The notes under the pieces: model-generated
The model's input: only the letters and a program-made list of their open reading frames with translations
The model's database searches: none
What the model was told of the DNA's origin: nothing
Shown: positions 1 to 7,377 of the stretch, piece after piece
How positions within the stretch are numbered: position 1 is the stretch's first letter
How the letters are laid out: each line of letters starts with the position of its first letter
Source: a virus
Virus record (IMG/VR): IMGVR_UViG_3300016667_000333
Span: 1 to 64,000 of that record
Direction: 5' to 3' (one strand)
Length of the DNA: 64,000 nucleotides
Made by a program: the position numbers and the translations under genes

Positions 1-26
1 ACTTGCGCCACAACAACGCAACACAG

Positions 27-34
27 CAAATGTA
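27..34 (-). promoter_or_regulatory. Candidate -7 promoter box (TACATTTG on minus strand) firing leftwards out of the window
   Basis: Plus strand caaatgta; reverse complement fits the Bacteroidota sigma-A -7 consensus TAnnTTTG; target gene lies outside the window. Confidence 0.25.
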
Positions 35-56
35 TTAACAATCGCTTTTATTGGGT

Positions 57-296
57 TCATTTTCTTTTGATTACGATGACTTTTTGCTTTTTATTTCCAC
101 CGATTGGTTGCCTCTTCCATGCCATGTACTTTATGGGCAGGATGGTTGCAATCGTAAGGAAACATCCAACTGCACTTGCGTAGTTGTGTTGCACAATAGA
201 AAGTGCAAACGCAACCAAAAATGCAATCAAGAACGCTGTCAGCGTGATGTTGGGAAGCTCCAACATGTGGCGGAGAAATGATTTCTTTAGTTCCAA
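57..296 (-). CDS. Small membrane protein, function unknown
   Basis: 79-aa ORF with two hydrophobic segments (LTAFLIAFLVAFALSIV, VGCFLTIATILPI); TAnnTTTG box 61 nt upstream. Confidence 0.4.
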   Translation of the reverse strand: MELKKSFLRHMLELPNITLTAFLIAFLVAFALSIVQHNYASAVGCFLTIATILPIKYMAWKRQPIGGNKKQKVIVIKRK

Positions 297-356
297 AATA
301 TTAAATGTGTTTGTGGATTCTTTTGGTTTTTAAATATAAGCAGGGTTATCGGCACA

Positions 357-364
357 CAAATGTA
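357..364 (-). promoter_or_regulatory. Candidate -7 promoter box (TACATTTG, minus strand)
   Basis: Plus strand caaatgta upstream of the ATG at 296. Confidence 0.3.
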
Positions 365-432
365 GTGACACATCTCTATTCCAGAGCTGTTCCACTTGTA
401 ACACTCGTACTTGTATGACTCTATTATGTGCA

Positions 433-711
433 TCAAAATATAGCCTCAAACTTTAACTTGTCGTACTCGTCTAGGTCAATCCGTTTGCCGTCAAACTTGC
501 CCCGATATGTGCAGTCCAGCACCTCGCACTCCCCATGGCTGTCCCAAGCTATTGCCATGGCGCGTATGTGCCTCTTTACGGACTCTATCGTGTTGAGGAC
601 CTCTGATGTTTGAAGCACCTCGTTGTTCTCCCCGATGGTTCTCACCCGGTATGCGTTTATCTTCTTGCCGTCAACCGTTCGACGTGCGTCTTTTATTTCA
701 ATTCTTCCCAT
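433..711 (-). CDS. YegP/DUF1508-like small protein
   Basis: 92 aa; YRVRTIGENNEVLQTSEVLNTIESVKRHIRAM resembles the YegP repeat pattern FRF.LKA.NGE.IL.SE.Y.....A..GI.SV. Confidence 0.45.
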   Translation of the reverse strand: MGRIEIKDARRTVDGKKINAYRVRTIGENNEVLQTSEVLNTIESVKRHIRAMAIAWDSHGECEVLDCTYRGKFDGKRIDLDEYDKLKFEAIF

Positions 712-886
712 CTTCTATTTTTTTTAGTTCGTTAAAATGTCCACCGAGCCAAAGGTACATATCATTGCCCGTTATTTCGTATAGACGCTTGTTAATCAGC
801 CGCATGAGGCTAGAATCTCTTCTGTACTGACCCGCAGGCTTGTATACCCCCTTCTTTTTAGGGTAAACGGCGTCAGCCCTTAGCAT
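698..886 (-). CDS. Hypothetical small basic protein
   Basis: 62 aa from internal ATG 886 of track ORF 698..967; fills the gap between neighbours with 14-nt overlaps at both ends; no similarity recognised. Confidence 0.3.
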   Translation of the reverse strand: MLRADAVYPKKKGVYKPAGQYRRDSSLMRLINKRLYEITGNDMYLWLGGHFNELKKIEDGKN

Positions 887-1373
887 TTTCCGCCTTAGAC
901 TGCGCAGGTGCCTTAACTCTGTCTGGTGAGATGGAGTAGAAGGCAAGTATATCGGTGTTCCGTTCATTGAAAAAGTCTAATAATAGTTCTTGTTTAGCTG
1001 AATCTAAGTCTGCAATGTAGTGCCGGATCTTGTTGCGTCTCACGGCGTTAAACTCGTAGTCTCTCCTAACCACCTTTAGGGCGTGGCACACCGTGGCGTG
1101 GTCTTTCTCTACCGTTCGCGCAACCTCTGCAAGGGTCTTGGTGGAACACACCTTGACGGTCGTCATGTACACCTGTCTCGCCAACACCGTGTCTGCGTGT
1201 CGTCTGTCGCTCTTGATTTCACTGGTAGGGACCTTGAAGTGTTTGCTTACTAGTTCAAGTATTTCATTTTCTTGAGGGCTCTCAATCTTGTGTAGGTACT
1301 CGTAAATCTTTGAGAACTCCGCTCTTCTGTGGGTCGGGACCATATCCACTAAATCTTTGAATGTGTATCTCAT
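873..1373 (-). CDS. DnaA C-terminal domain IV-like HTH DNA-binding protein (no AAA+ domain)
   Basis: 166 aa; SDRRHADTVLARQVYMTTVKVCSTKTLAEVARTVEKDHATVCHALKVV matches the Bac_DnaA_C signature (R..v..aRQiaMyL....t..sl.eIg..f.rDHsTVlha.kk). Confidence 0.6.
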   Translation of the reverse strand: MRYTFKDLVDMVPTHRRAEFSKIYEYLHKIESPQENEILELVSKHFKVPTSEIKSDRRHADTVLARQVYMTTVKVCSTKTLAEVARTVEKDHATVCHALKVVRRDYEFNAVRRNKIRHYIADLDSAKQELLLDFFNERNTDILAFYSISPDRVKAPAQSKAENAKG

Positions 1374-1391
1374 GTTCGTTTAGGTTAAGCC

Positions 1392-1424
1392 GTGGCGGGT
1401 TTGCTTGCGTTTATCCCCCGCCAC
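1392..1424 (-). other. GC-rich hairpin between SSB-like gene and DnaA-IV-like gene
   Basis: 8-bp perfect stem GTGGCGGG/CCCGCCAC with 17-nt loop, flanked by direct GGTTAAG repeats; no U-run, so attenuator or processing site rather than a classic terminator. Confidence 0.3.
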
Positions 1425-1437
1425 AGCTTGGTTAAGA

Positions 1438-2073
1438 TTAGAATGGCAATCCGTCGTCGTCTGGATCCTCAACTAACTGCGGGGCAGCATAAGAGTCCAG
1501 CTTCTTTACAGAACTAACGGCCTTGACTTGAGGAAGGAAGATGTCTTTGAGATGCTTCTCAAAGAACTCTTGGCGCTCTGAGTCGTCCCACACAACCTGT
1601 CCCTTTACCTTGATTTGTTTCATCTCAGGCATATTGCCGGGGTTGTCCTTTGTCCAGCCCCACTTGATGTCCTCCTGTCCGTGGCGGAGATACAACATTG
1701 TGCGGGTCTTTCCGTCAATCTCCTTTGACCACGGGGTGAGGGTAATCTCCTTACCGGCGTCGATGTTTGGCATTGACAAGAAGAATCCAGACGAGTAGCG
1801 TGAACTCCATGGCATTTGGATTTGATACTCGTTGTCGCCATCCTTCAGAACGATGCACAACTGGTCTCCATACCCCTGTTCGGATACGCGCTTGAATACG
1901 TCTGTGATGTAACCAGAAAGAGATGCGTAACGCTCCTCGAACCAAACCTTGGTTCCGTCTTTACTGTTACACTTAATTGAGCCAGCTGTTCCCTCAGGAA
2001 CACGCTTGGCAATCTTACCGTTAGAAATACTAAGGTAAGTACGGTTTGATGAACCACCTTGATTTAATCCCAT
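1438..2073 (-). CDS. Single-stranded DNA-binding protein-like
   Basis: 211 aa from ATG 2073. The longer track ORF to 2367 would run through the promoter box and overlap the 3' end of the primase-helicase gene. The C-terminus EDPDDDGLPF is the acidic tip typical of SSBs. The gene lies adjacent to the primase-helicase. Confidence 0.55.
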   Translation of the reverse strand: MGLNQGGSSNRTYLSISNGKIAKRVPEGTAGSIKCNSKDGTKVWFEERYASLSGYITDVFKRVSEQGYGDQLCIVLKDGDNEYQIQMPWSSRYSSGFFLSMPNIDAGKEITLTPWSKEIDGKTRTMLYLRHGQEDIKWGWTKDNPGNMPEMKQIKVKGQVVWDDSERQEFFEKHLKDIFLPQVKAVSSVKKLDSYAAPQLVEDPDDDGLPF

Positions 2074-2105
2074 AGATTTTTTGATTAATTTATTGGTTAT
2101 ATTCG

Positions 2106-2113
2106 CAAATGTA
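2106..2113 (-). promoter_or_regulatory. Candidate -7 promoter box (TACATTTG, minus strand) for SSB-like gene
   Basis: Plus strand caaatgta, 33 nt upstream of ATG 2073. Confidence 0.4.
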
Positions 2114-2152
2114 GCATATATGTTTCTTTTATGCAAGAAAAAAATCGTTAAA

Positions 2153-4081
2153 TTACTCCCAAGCCTCCCTGTGGCCGTTCGGGTGGCCGATTTCCTCGTC
2201 CCATTCTTTGAGTTCCTTAGAGTCTGTCCAGTTACGATTTGGCTTGATTGCCGTTGGTTTTGGCTCCTCAATGGTAGCCTGTACATACTTCCCATCAATA
2301 GCCTGCTGAAGATAGTCCACCCCATCAAACGTAAACCTTCGGGTGTTCCTCTGTAGCTGAAACTCAAAGAAGCCCTTTATACCCACGATCTTTTGTCGGC
2401 GGATCTTCTTACTGTGAAACTCGCAGATAGGGCTTTCTGGGGCCGTCTGAGCGAACGGACGGTGGTATATGAGGATGTTGTCCGCCTTGTTGTTCCACAT
2501 CGCACCGTCTGCAAGGTCAAACACCTCCGGGCATGGGTAGTTGCCGTCGTCACCCTTTCTCATCTTGTGTGGGTGGACCACGATGTCAAAGTACACGTTG
2601 TTCTTCCGTGCAAAACGGGTGCAGTCAGACAAGAAGGTTTCAAGATACTTATCGCTTCGTCCTCCACCCTTTGTGTAGTCATTTGCCATCTGGTTGAACG
2701 GGTCGATGATAACCCGCTCCACTCCGTGCTTAACAATGAGGGTAAGGAATACCTCCTTAACGTATTCGGGGGTAGGGCTTACACTCTTGGGGTACACCAT
2801 GAAGATGTGTTCGCCAATCATCTTGTACACCTTCATGTACATATCGTATGGTGGACGGTTGGGGTTGTTGGGTGTGCAGTCCTTTCCAAAATAAATCTCG
2901 ACAAGGTCATGGTAGAACTGCTCAGCAGGTAATTCTTCAGGCGTGAAAATAGCTACTTTTTCTCCAAATTTCACGATTCTAAATATCATCTCCCACTTCA
3001 TGAACGAAGACTTACCATAGTTTCCTATCCCGGAAACAATTGTTAAATCACCTTTGACCCTCTTGAAGTGTTTGTCAAGCATAGGGACTCCGAGCGGTTG
3101 AGCGGCGCGATATCCGTGCAGGTAAATATCGGAAGCCTTCTCCATAACCTCCTCGGCGTAGATCACGTCCTCCTTCTCCATCTCCTCGAGGTCCTGCTCG
3201 GTAAGTTCAATTTTTACCTCTACTCGGTTACTCTTTGTAACCAACTGGTCTTTGGTAAACTCAGCGGTGTTCCACTGGTTCATATTGGCCCTGTACGCGC
3301 TACGAATAGCCTGTCTGCACTCGCGTTGGCTGAAACTTGCATCAGGCACAACGTAGGTCATCATGAGGTTATAACAGGTCTCCTCAAGCATTCCGAACCG
3401 GCAACAGCTTGCGGCCAACTTGAACACAAAGTGATTCCTCTCCCCTTCACGGAACGCGTCTCCCTTGGATGTCATCCATGTCAACAGGTTGTTAAAAATC
3501 TTATCGTCATCGTTAATCGTCTCTGTGGTTGTCTGTTTGGGCAACCTGCGGTCCTCTTTCTTTACGGGTAACTTAGAGTATACTTCAGCATTTGGGTTAT
3601 AGTACAAATCAGGATCATACGATTCAAAGCAAAGACGGGAAACATTACGGCCAGTCTTGTCAATGTCTGAGAAATCATTCATTAAGGCATCAAAATGCTC
3701 CTTATGCATGGTATTCCATTCAATTTTCACCAAAGCCTTCAGTCCCTTGCCAGATGGCGACACCCAAACAGCCGTTATGTGACTTATACGACACAATTCA
3801 TTTCTTTTTTGGGTGATATTTGGGACATTATCGAAATCAAGTACGATGTACCCAGAGTGTTCGATAAGTTCAGAGTCCTTGCGTTTGTTAAAAAGACCAC
3901 TGAAGCAAACTGCTGGAAGTTTCTTTTTTAACTCATCGGCCTCTTTCTTGGTAATTGGCTTCCCGCGCCTTTTCAACAAGCTCCTTTGATTTTCCAGTCC
4001 GAATTCGTTCAAGTGCGCCCAACACAGTAATTTGGTGTCCTTGCAGGTCATTGAAGTCTTTGTAGATTGAGATTTTACCAT
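2153..4081 (-). CDS. Primase-helicase (AEP/VirE_N-BT4734-like primase domain fused to P-loop helicase)
   Basis: 642 aa. N-terminal motifs YIVLDFDNV, VWVSPSGKGLKALVKI and SRLCFESYDPDLYYN match Bacteroidota VirE_N/BT4734-type primases. These are followed by a PriCT-like segment NHFVFKLAASCCRFG and a C-terminal Walker A GIGNYGKSSF and Walker B VERVIIDPFNQ. Confidence 0.8.
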   Translation of the reverse strand: MVKSQSTKTSMTCKDTKLLCWAHLNEFGLENQRSLLKRRGKPITKKEADELKKKLPAVCFSGLFNKRKDSELIEHSGYIVLDFDNVPNITQKRNELCRISHITAVWVSPSGKGLKALVKIEWNTMHKEHFDALMNDFSDIDKTGRNVSRLCFESYDPDLYYNPNAEVYSKLPVKKEDRRLPKQTTTETINDDDKIFNNLLTWMTSKGDAFREGERNHFVFKLAASCCRFGMLEETCYNLMMTYVVPDASFSQRECRQAIRSAYRANMNQWNTAEFTKDQLVTKSNRVEVKIELTEQDLEEMEKEDVIYAEEVMEKASDIYLHGYRAAQPLGVPMLDKHFKRVKGDLTIVSGIGNYGKSSFMKWEMIFRIVKFGEKVAIFTPEELPAEQFYHDLVEIYFGKDCTPNNPNRPPYDMYMKVYKMIGEHIFMVYPKSVSPTPEYVKEVFLTLIVKHGVERVIIDPFNQMANDYTKGGGRSDKYLETFLSDCTRFARKNNVYFDIVVHPHKMRKGDDGNYPCPEVFDLADGAMWNNKADNILIYHRPFAQTAPESPICEFHSKKIRRQKIVGIKGFFEFQLQRNTRRFTFDGVDYLQQAIDGKYVQATIEEPKPTAIKPNRNWTDSKELKEWDEEIGHPNGHREAWE

Positions 4082-4752
4082 GTGTTGTTGTCATCTTGGA
4101 TAGGTGTTTGTTTTATAGTTTTCGTTTGTGTTTCGTCTTCCCATCTCCTGTCGCGAAGATATCGTACAGGGTCTTTCCAATACTTGGGTTCGCGACCCAA
4201 TTTATGGTTACCCATGCCTTCTACCGCAAGTATGCGGTCCTCAGCAGAGAGTTTGTTCCATACAGTTAAGGTCTGTTTCTTGTCCACCTTCTTGTTGTAT
4301 GCTTGCCAAAAATCCTCGAATGCGTATTTGTATATTATTGTTTCTTTGTTGGTATTTGTTTCTTTATATATATGGAGGTTTTCCGATTCACGGAAATTCC
4401 CGATGTCGGGAAAATCCGATGTCGGGAAATCCGCATCTCGGGAAAGCTGAGGTGCATCATAAACGATGTGATTCCACCCCACCATTCTGTTCGTTGCTGT
4501 ATCTATTTGACGGCAGCTTAGGATGTACCCCTTCTCTTGCAGGGATTTAAACACCCTGTCCACTGCGTTTTTCGCATCTGGCATTTGATTGTAAAGATTC
4601 TTTTTGTAAAGAACCCAGTTCTCTGGTAGCGAAAGAAGGAAGCACAACATCCCCTTTTCTTCCATAGTCAAATCTCTTGACTGCGAGATTTCGTTTGGGA
4701 TAATAGCAAAGTCATGCTTGCGTTTCCCCTTAACAATTTGTCCTGTATTCAT
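4075..4752 (-). CDS. Replication initiator / replisome-organiser-like HTH protein
   Basis: 225 aa. N-terminal FAIIPNEISQSRDLTMEEKGMLCFLLSLPENW is a winged-helix pattern of phage/plasmid initiators. The C-terminal FEDFWQAYNKKVDKK...RYLRDRRWEDE box is common in phage replication proteins. The gene overlaps the primase-helicase gene by 7 nt. Confidence 0.5.
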   Translation of the reverse strand: MNTGQIVKGKRKHDFAIIPNEISQSRDLTMEEKGMLCFLLSLPENWVLYKKNLYNQMPDAKNAVDRVFKSLQEKGYILSCRQIDTATNRMVGWNHIVYDAPQLSRDADFPTSDFPDIGNFRESENLHIYKETNTNKETIIYKYAFEDFWQAYNKKVDKKQTLTVWNKLSAEDRILAVEGMGNHKLGREPKYWKDPVRYLRDRRWEDETQTKTIKQTPIQDDNNTW

Positions 4753-4757
4753 AAAAT

Positions 4758-4788
4758 AAAAAAAGCCCGCAAGAGCAACTTCGCGGGC
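4758..4788 (-). terminator. Intrinsic terminator (minus strand)
   Basis: Stem GCCCGC/GCGGGC (4765..4770 / 4783..4788) followed on the minus strand by T7 (plus A-run 4758..4764); a second hairpin CTAGGC-atccgaa-GCCTAG lies at 4819..4837. Confidence 0.55.
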
Positions 4789-4905
4789 CTAATTTGGTAA
4801 GTAAAAATAGTACTTAACCTAGGCATCCGAAGCCTAGTTTGCTGTTGCTCTATAACAAACTACGCTTGGAATATTTGGCAAACATAAAACAACCACGCGA
4901 GGTTG

Positions 4906-5097
4906 TCAAGGATTTTCTTCATTATTTTTTATGTGCCACGTCTCACACTCCCAACACATATACACTTGCTGGTCATAATCACAGTGTTCCTGAGCCTCTT
5001 TACGAGTCTTGTAACATCTTTTGCCACAGCCATATATGGAGTTCTTGATCATGAACGTAAGGCAGGATACAACTAATAGAATTGAAACGATAAACAT
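4906..5097 (-). CDS. Small membrane-anchored Cys-rich protein
   Basis: 63 aa; N-terminal TM FIVSILLVVSCLTFMI then CGKRC...CDYDQQVYMCWEC; promoter box 4 nt upstream of the ATG. Confidence 0.35.
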   Translation of the reverse strand: MFIVSILLVVSCLTFMIKNSIYGCGKRCYKTRKEAQEHCDYDQQVYMCWECETWHIKNNEENP

Positions 5098-5101
5098 AGC
5101 G

Positions 5102-5109
5102 CAAATTTA
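5102..5109 (-). promoter_or_regulatory. Candidate -7 promoter box (TAAATTTG, minus strand)
   Basis: Plus strand caaattta; only 4 nt from ATG 5097, implying a leaderless or near-leaderless mRNA. Confidence 0.45.
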
Positions 5110-5161
5110 CTTTGTTTAGTTCTATTTCCAAGCAAGAAGTTGACACTGTGTTGTTTTTGAG

Positions 5162-5169
5162 TATATTTG
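5162..5169 (+). promoter_or_regulatory. Candidate -7 promoter box (TATATTTG) starting the plus-strand block
   Basis: Fits TAnnTTTG; 4 nt upstream of ATG 5174; mirror image of the 5102..5109 box. Confidence 0.45.
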
Positions 5170-5173
5170 CAGC

Positions 5174-5389
5174 ATGAGTAATTTATTTCCACCCGACCAC
5201 CGGGTATTTATTGAGATAGAAAAACAGACAAGTAAGCAGATGGACGCCGTGATAACAAAGGTTGGCAACTTTTGCGACCTTAAAGTAGGGCAGCGAGTTT
5301 GCATTGTCGGAAAGGTAGACAAAGTTGAACTGCAAGACATTACGGAATACTCTGTACACGAGCGACACATAGTCCTTATATATGAATAA
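5174..5389 (+). CDS. Hypothetical protein
   Basis: 71-aa ORF, first gene of plus block; weak GroES-like pattern (KVGQRVCIVGKVDKVEL..EYSVHERHIVLIYE), insufficient for a call. Confidence 0.4.
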   Translation: MSNLFPPDHRVFIEIEKQTSKQMDAVITKVGNFCDLKVGQRVCIVGKVDKVELQDITEYSVHERHIVLIYE

Positions 5390-5684
5390 CCTACAAAACT
5401 GGAACAGGGCTATCCTACTTCTCAACACCATGATTGATGAGAAGATTGAGATATATGAGGTCATGCGGATATTTACCCCTATGGCCACCAAGTCTCGCCG
5501 CAAACTTTTGTACTGCGACCCGGCAATTACATCAGAGGATCTTGACCAGGTCGAGAAGGCGATAAGAAGATACAGAGAGACTCTTAATGAGATCTCAAAA
5601 ACAAAGGTGGAGACGCGTATTAAGCGTTCATCATTCTTCAAAACACTGCAAGAGCATTATGATCAGAACAAAGACAAAAAATAA
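5382..5684 (+). CDS. Hypothetical protein
   Basis: 100-aa ORF overlapping the upstream stop by 8 nt; helical, charged. Confidence 0.4.
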   Translation: MNNLQNWNRAILLLNTMIDEKIEIYEVMRIFTPMATKSRRKLLYCDPAITSEDLDQVEKAIRRYRETLNEISKTKVETRIKRSSFFKTLQEHYDQNKDKK

Positions 5685-5916
5685 CTACCTCAAAATCATA
5701 GAGGTATACGAATACTACATCCGCCGGGAGAAGGTTGATCCGGTAAAAGTTGAGGGCTTGATGTCTGATTGGGATGCTGTTATGGTGTTTGGAAGTTATT
5801 CATCGTTACGCAGGTGTGTGAATAAACTCAAGAAGAAGATTCCAATTGGCAAGAAAAACTTTGACAAACAGAAGCAGGTACTTGAAATTTACGAAAAAAA
5901 ATTAGCAAACAAATGA
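5659..5916 (+). CDS. Hypothetical protein
   Basis: 85 aa from ATG 5659 (track ORF begins at 5587 and would overlap the upstream gene by 98 nt). Confidence 0.35.
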   Translation: MIRTKTKNNYLKIIEVYEYYIRREKVDPVKVEGLMSDWDAVMVFGSYSSLRRCVNKLKKKIPIGKKNFDKQKQVLEIYEKKLANK

Positions 5917-6716
5917 ATCTGAGCGGGATAGACCTAAGTAAAATTCGTTTGATAAACGGCGAGTGTATTATTGAGCTTCATTCCTTGACAGAGGACGAGA
6001 TTGACTTTAATGGCGGCAAACTCAAGATTGTAAACAAGGTGAAGACATATGTTTCGGAGGTAGACCATAATTACATGTTTGACCTTGTTGACGGTATAAA
6101 AAAGTCGAGGTACAAGGACAAGAAATTAATAGCTGAATACAATAGGATTCATGCCGAGTCACAACAAGAGGCGGATCCAGACAAAGAAAACATTCAAGAC
6201 AAGCAGGCCGTTAGGCGAGGCAAGATTATAAAAATTGCAGAGATTGATCCAGGCCAGCAGGGGTGGGACTATGAGTGCGAATTTGATGGCGTTGAAGGCG
6301 ACGAGGTTTGGTTTGATGCAACTTTTACCAGAGAGATGATAACCGAGGGAGAGGGTGGGTGTATAGTAGACGGAAAAATATACTTGACAATTTCCAAAAA
6401 GTCTATTTACGCGGCCAAGCGCGGTGATGAAATAGTTAGTCTCAATGGTTACATCATAGGCAAGTTGCTTGGCAACGAAAGAAAGATAGGGTCGATACAC
6501 ATGGTAGACAACGATCTTACACTAGTCGAAGTTGTTGTCCCGCCCGCAAGAACACCTGTTTTTACAAGGCCGGATGTTTGGTCGAACAACGAGGTCAAGA
6601 AGGGTGACATTGTATGCGTAAGGAGGGCTTATGCAACAAAGCTAGACCCCACGCTTGCCAACACAACAGAATATGTTAGATTCCAGTCAAGGGTAATCCT
6701 TGCATACCAAAGATGA
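5913..6716 (+). CDS. Hypothetical protein
   Basis: 267-aa ORF, ATGA-coupled on both sides; no motif recognised. Confidence 0.5.
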   Translation: MNLSGIDLSKIRLINGECIIELHSLTEDEIDFNGGKLKIVNKVKTYVSEVDHNYMFDLVDGIKKSRYKDKKLIAEYNRIHAESQQEADPDKENIQDKQAVRRGKIIKIAEIDPGQQGWDYECEFDGVEGDEVWFDATFTREMITEGEGGCIVDGKIYLTISKKSIYAAKRGDEIVSLNGYIIGKLLGNERKIGSIHMVDNDLTLVEVVVPPARTPVFTRPDVWSNNEVKKGDIVCVRRAYATKLDPTLANTTEYVRFQSRVILAYQR

Positions 6717-7366
6717 TAAAACTAGACTTTAGTAAAATATCCTACAACATTGAAGGCATCCCGGATGACGAGGCGGTAGTATACCGGTTCTCGGACCTGG
6801 CCAGTCAAGCCCATATTCTCGACAGGTCTGACGACCTTCCAGAGGGGGTTAGCGCCGACAAGGTTGTTCGATATCTCATATATATGTTCGCTCCAGGTAC
6901 ACCCGTTAAGGATGCGTATCCGGACATCAACCAGCGCAAACGATATACTTTGAACAAGCTGAACATCATGGTTGATGACACGGATTCGGAAGATGGGTAC
7001 GCCCAGCTCTGCATGATGAATGTGGACTGGGCGGTGGAGCGTTACATCACGTTTACACGCCTACAATGCTCGGAGGACTACTCAATTATGAGTACCGCCG
7101 ACATCCGAATAGCCGCCCTGCAACGTGCGCTCTTGACCCAGCCGGTGGACAGGTCCAATGACGACAAGAACTTCCAGGCGGGTCTTGAGAGTTGGAGGCA
7201 GACCCTTGTGGATGCTCGTAGCAGGATAATGAATGATGAGGTTAGCATCACACTACAGAAAGCAATTACCTTCTCTGTACGCGCTGAGAACCTTGGCATA
7301 CAACCAGAACACTATGCGCGGGTATGGCGTGAAAAGAAAGAAATATTCCCGGAGGTTATACCATAA
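6713..7366 (+). CDS. Hypothetical protein; small terminase candidate by position only
   Basis: 217 aa, immediately upstream of the large terminase; no motif recognised. Confidence 0.3.
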   Translation: MIKLDFSKISYNIEGIPDDEAVVYRFSDLASQAHILDRSDDLPEGVSADKVVRYLIYMFAPGTPVKDAYPDINQRKRYTLNKLNIMVDDTDSEDGYAQLCMMNVDWAVERYITFTRLQCSEDYSIMSTADIRIAALQRALLTQPVDRSNDDKNFQAGLESWRQTLVDARSRIMNDEVSITLQKAITFSVRAENLGIQPEHYARVWREKKEIFPEVIP

Positions 7367-7377
7367 AGTATTATACC

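Noticed and set aside
2393-2932. 179-aa plus-strand ORF
   Set aside because: Antisense to the well-supported primase-helicase gene; V/H/L-rich shadow translation.
5174-6716. GroES/Cpn10-like co-chaperonins (5174..5389 and the C-terminal part of 5913..6716)
   Set aside because: Only loose resemblance to the GD.V......EY.....IL pattern. It cannot be supported without a profile search.
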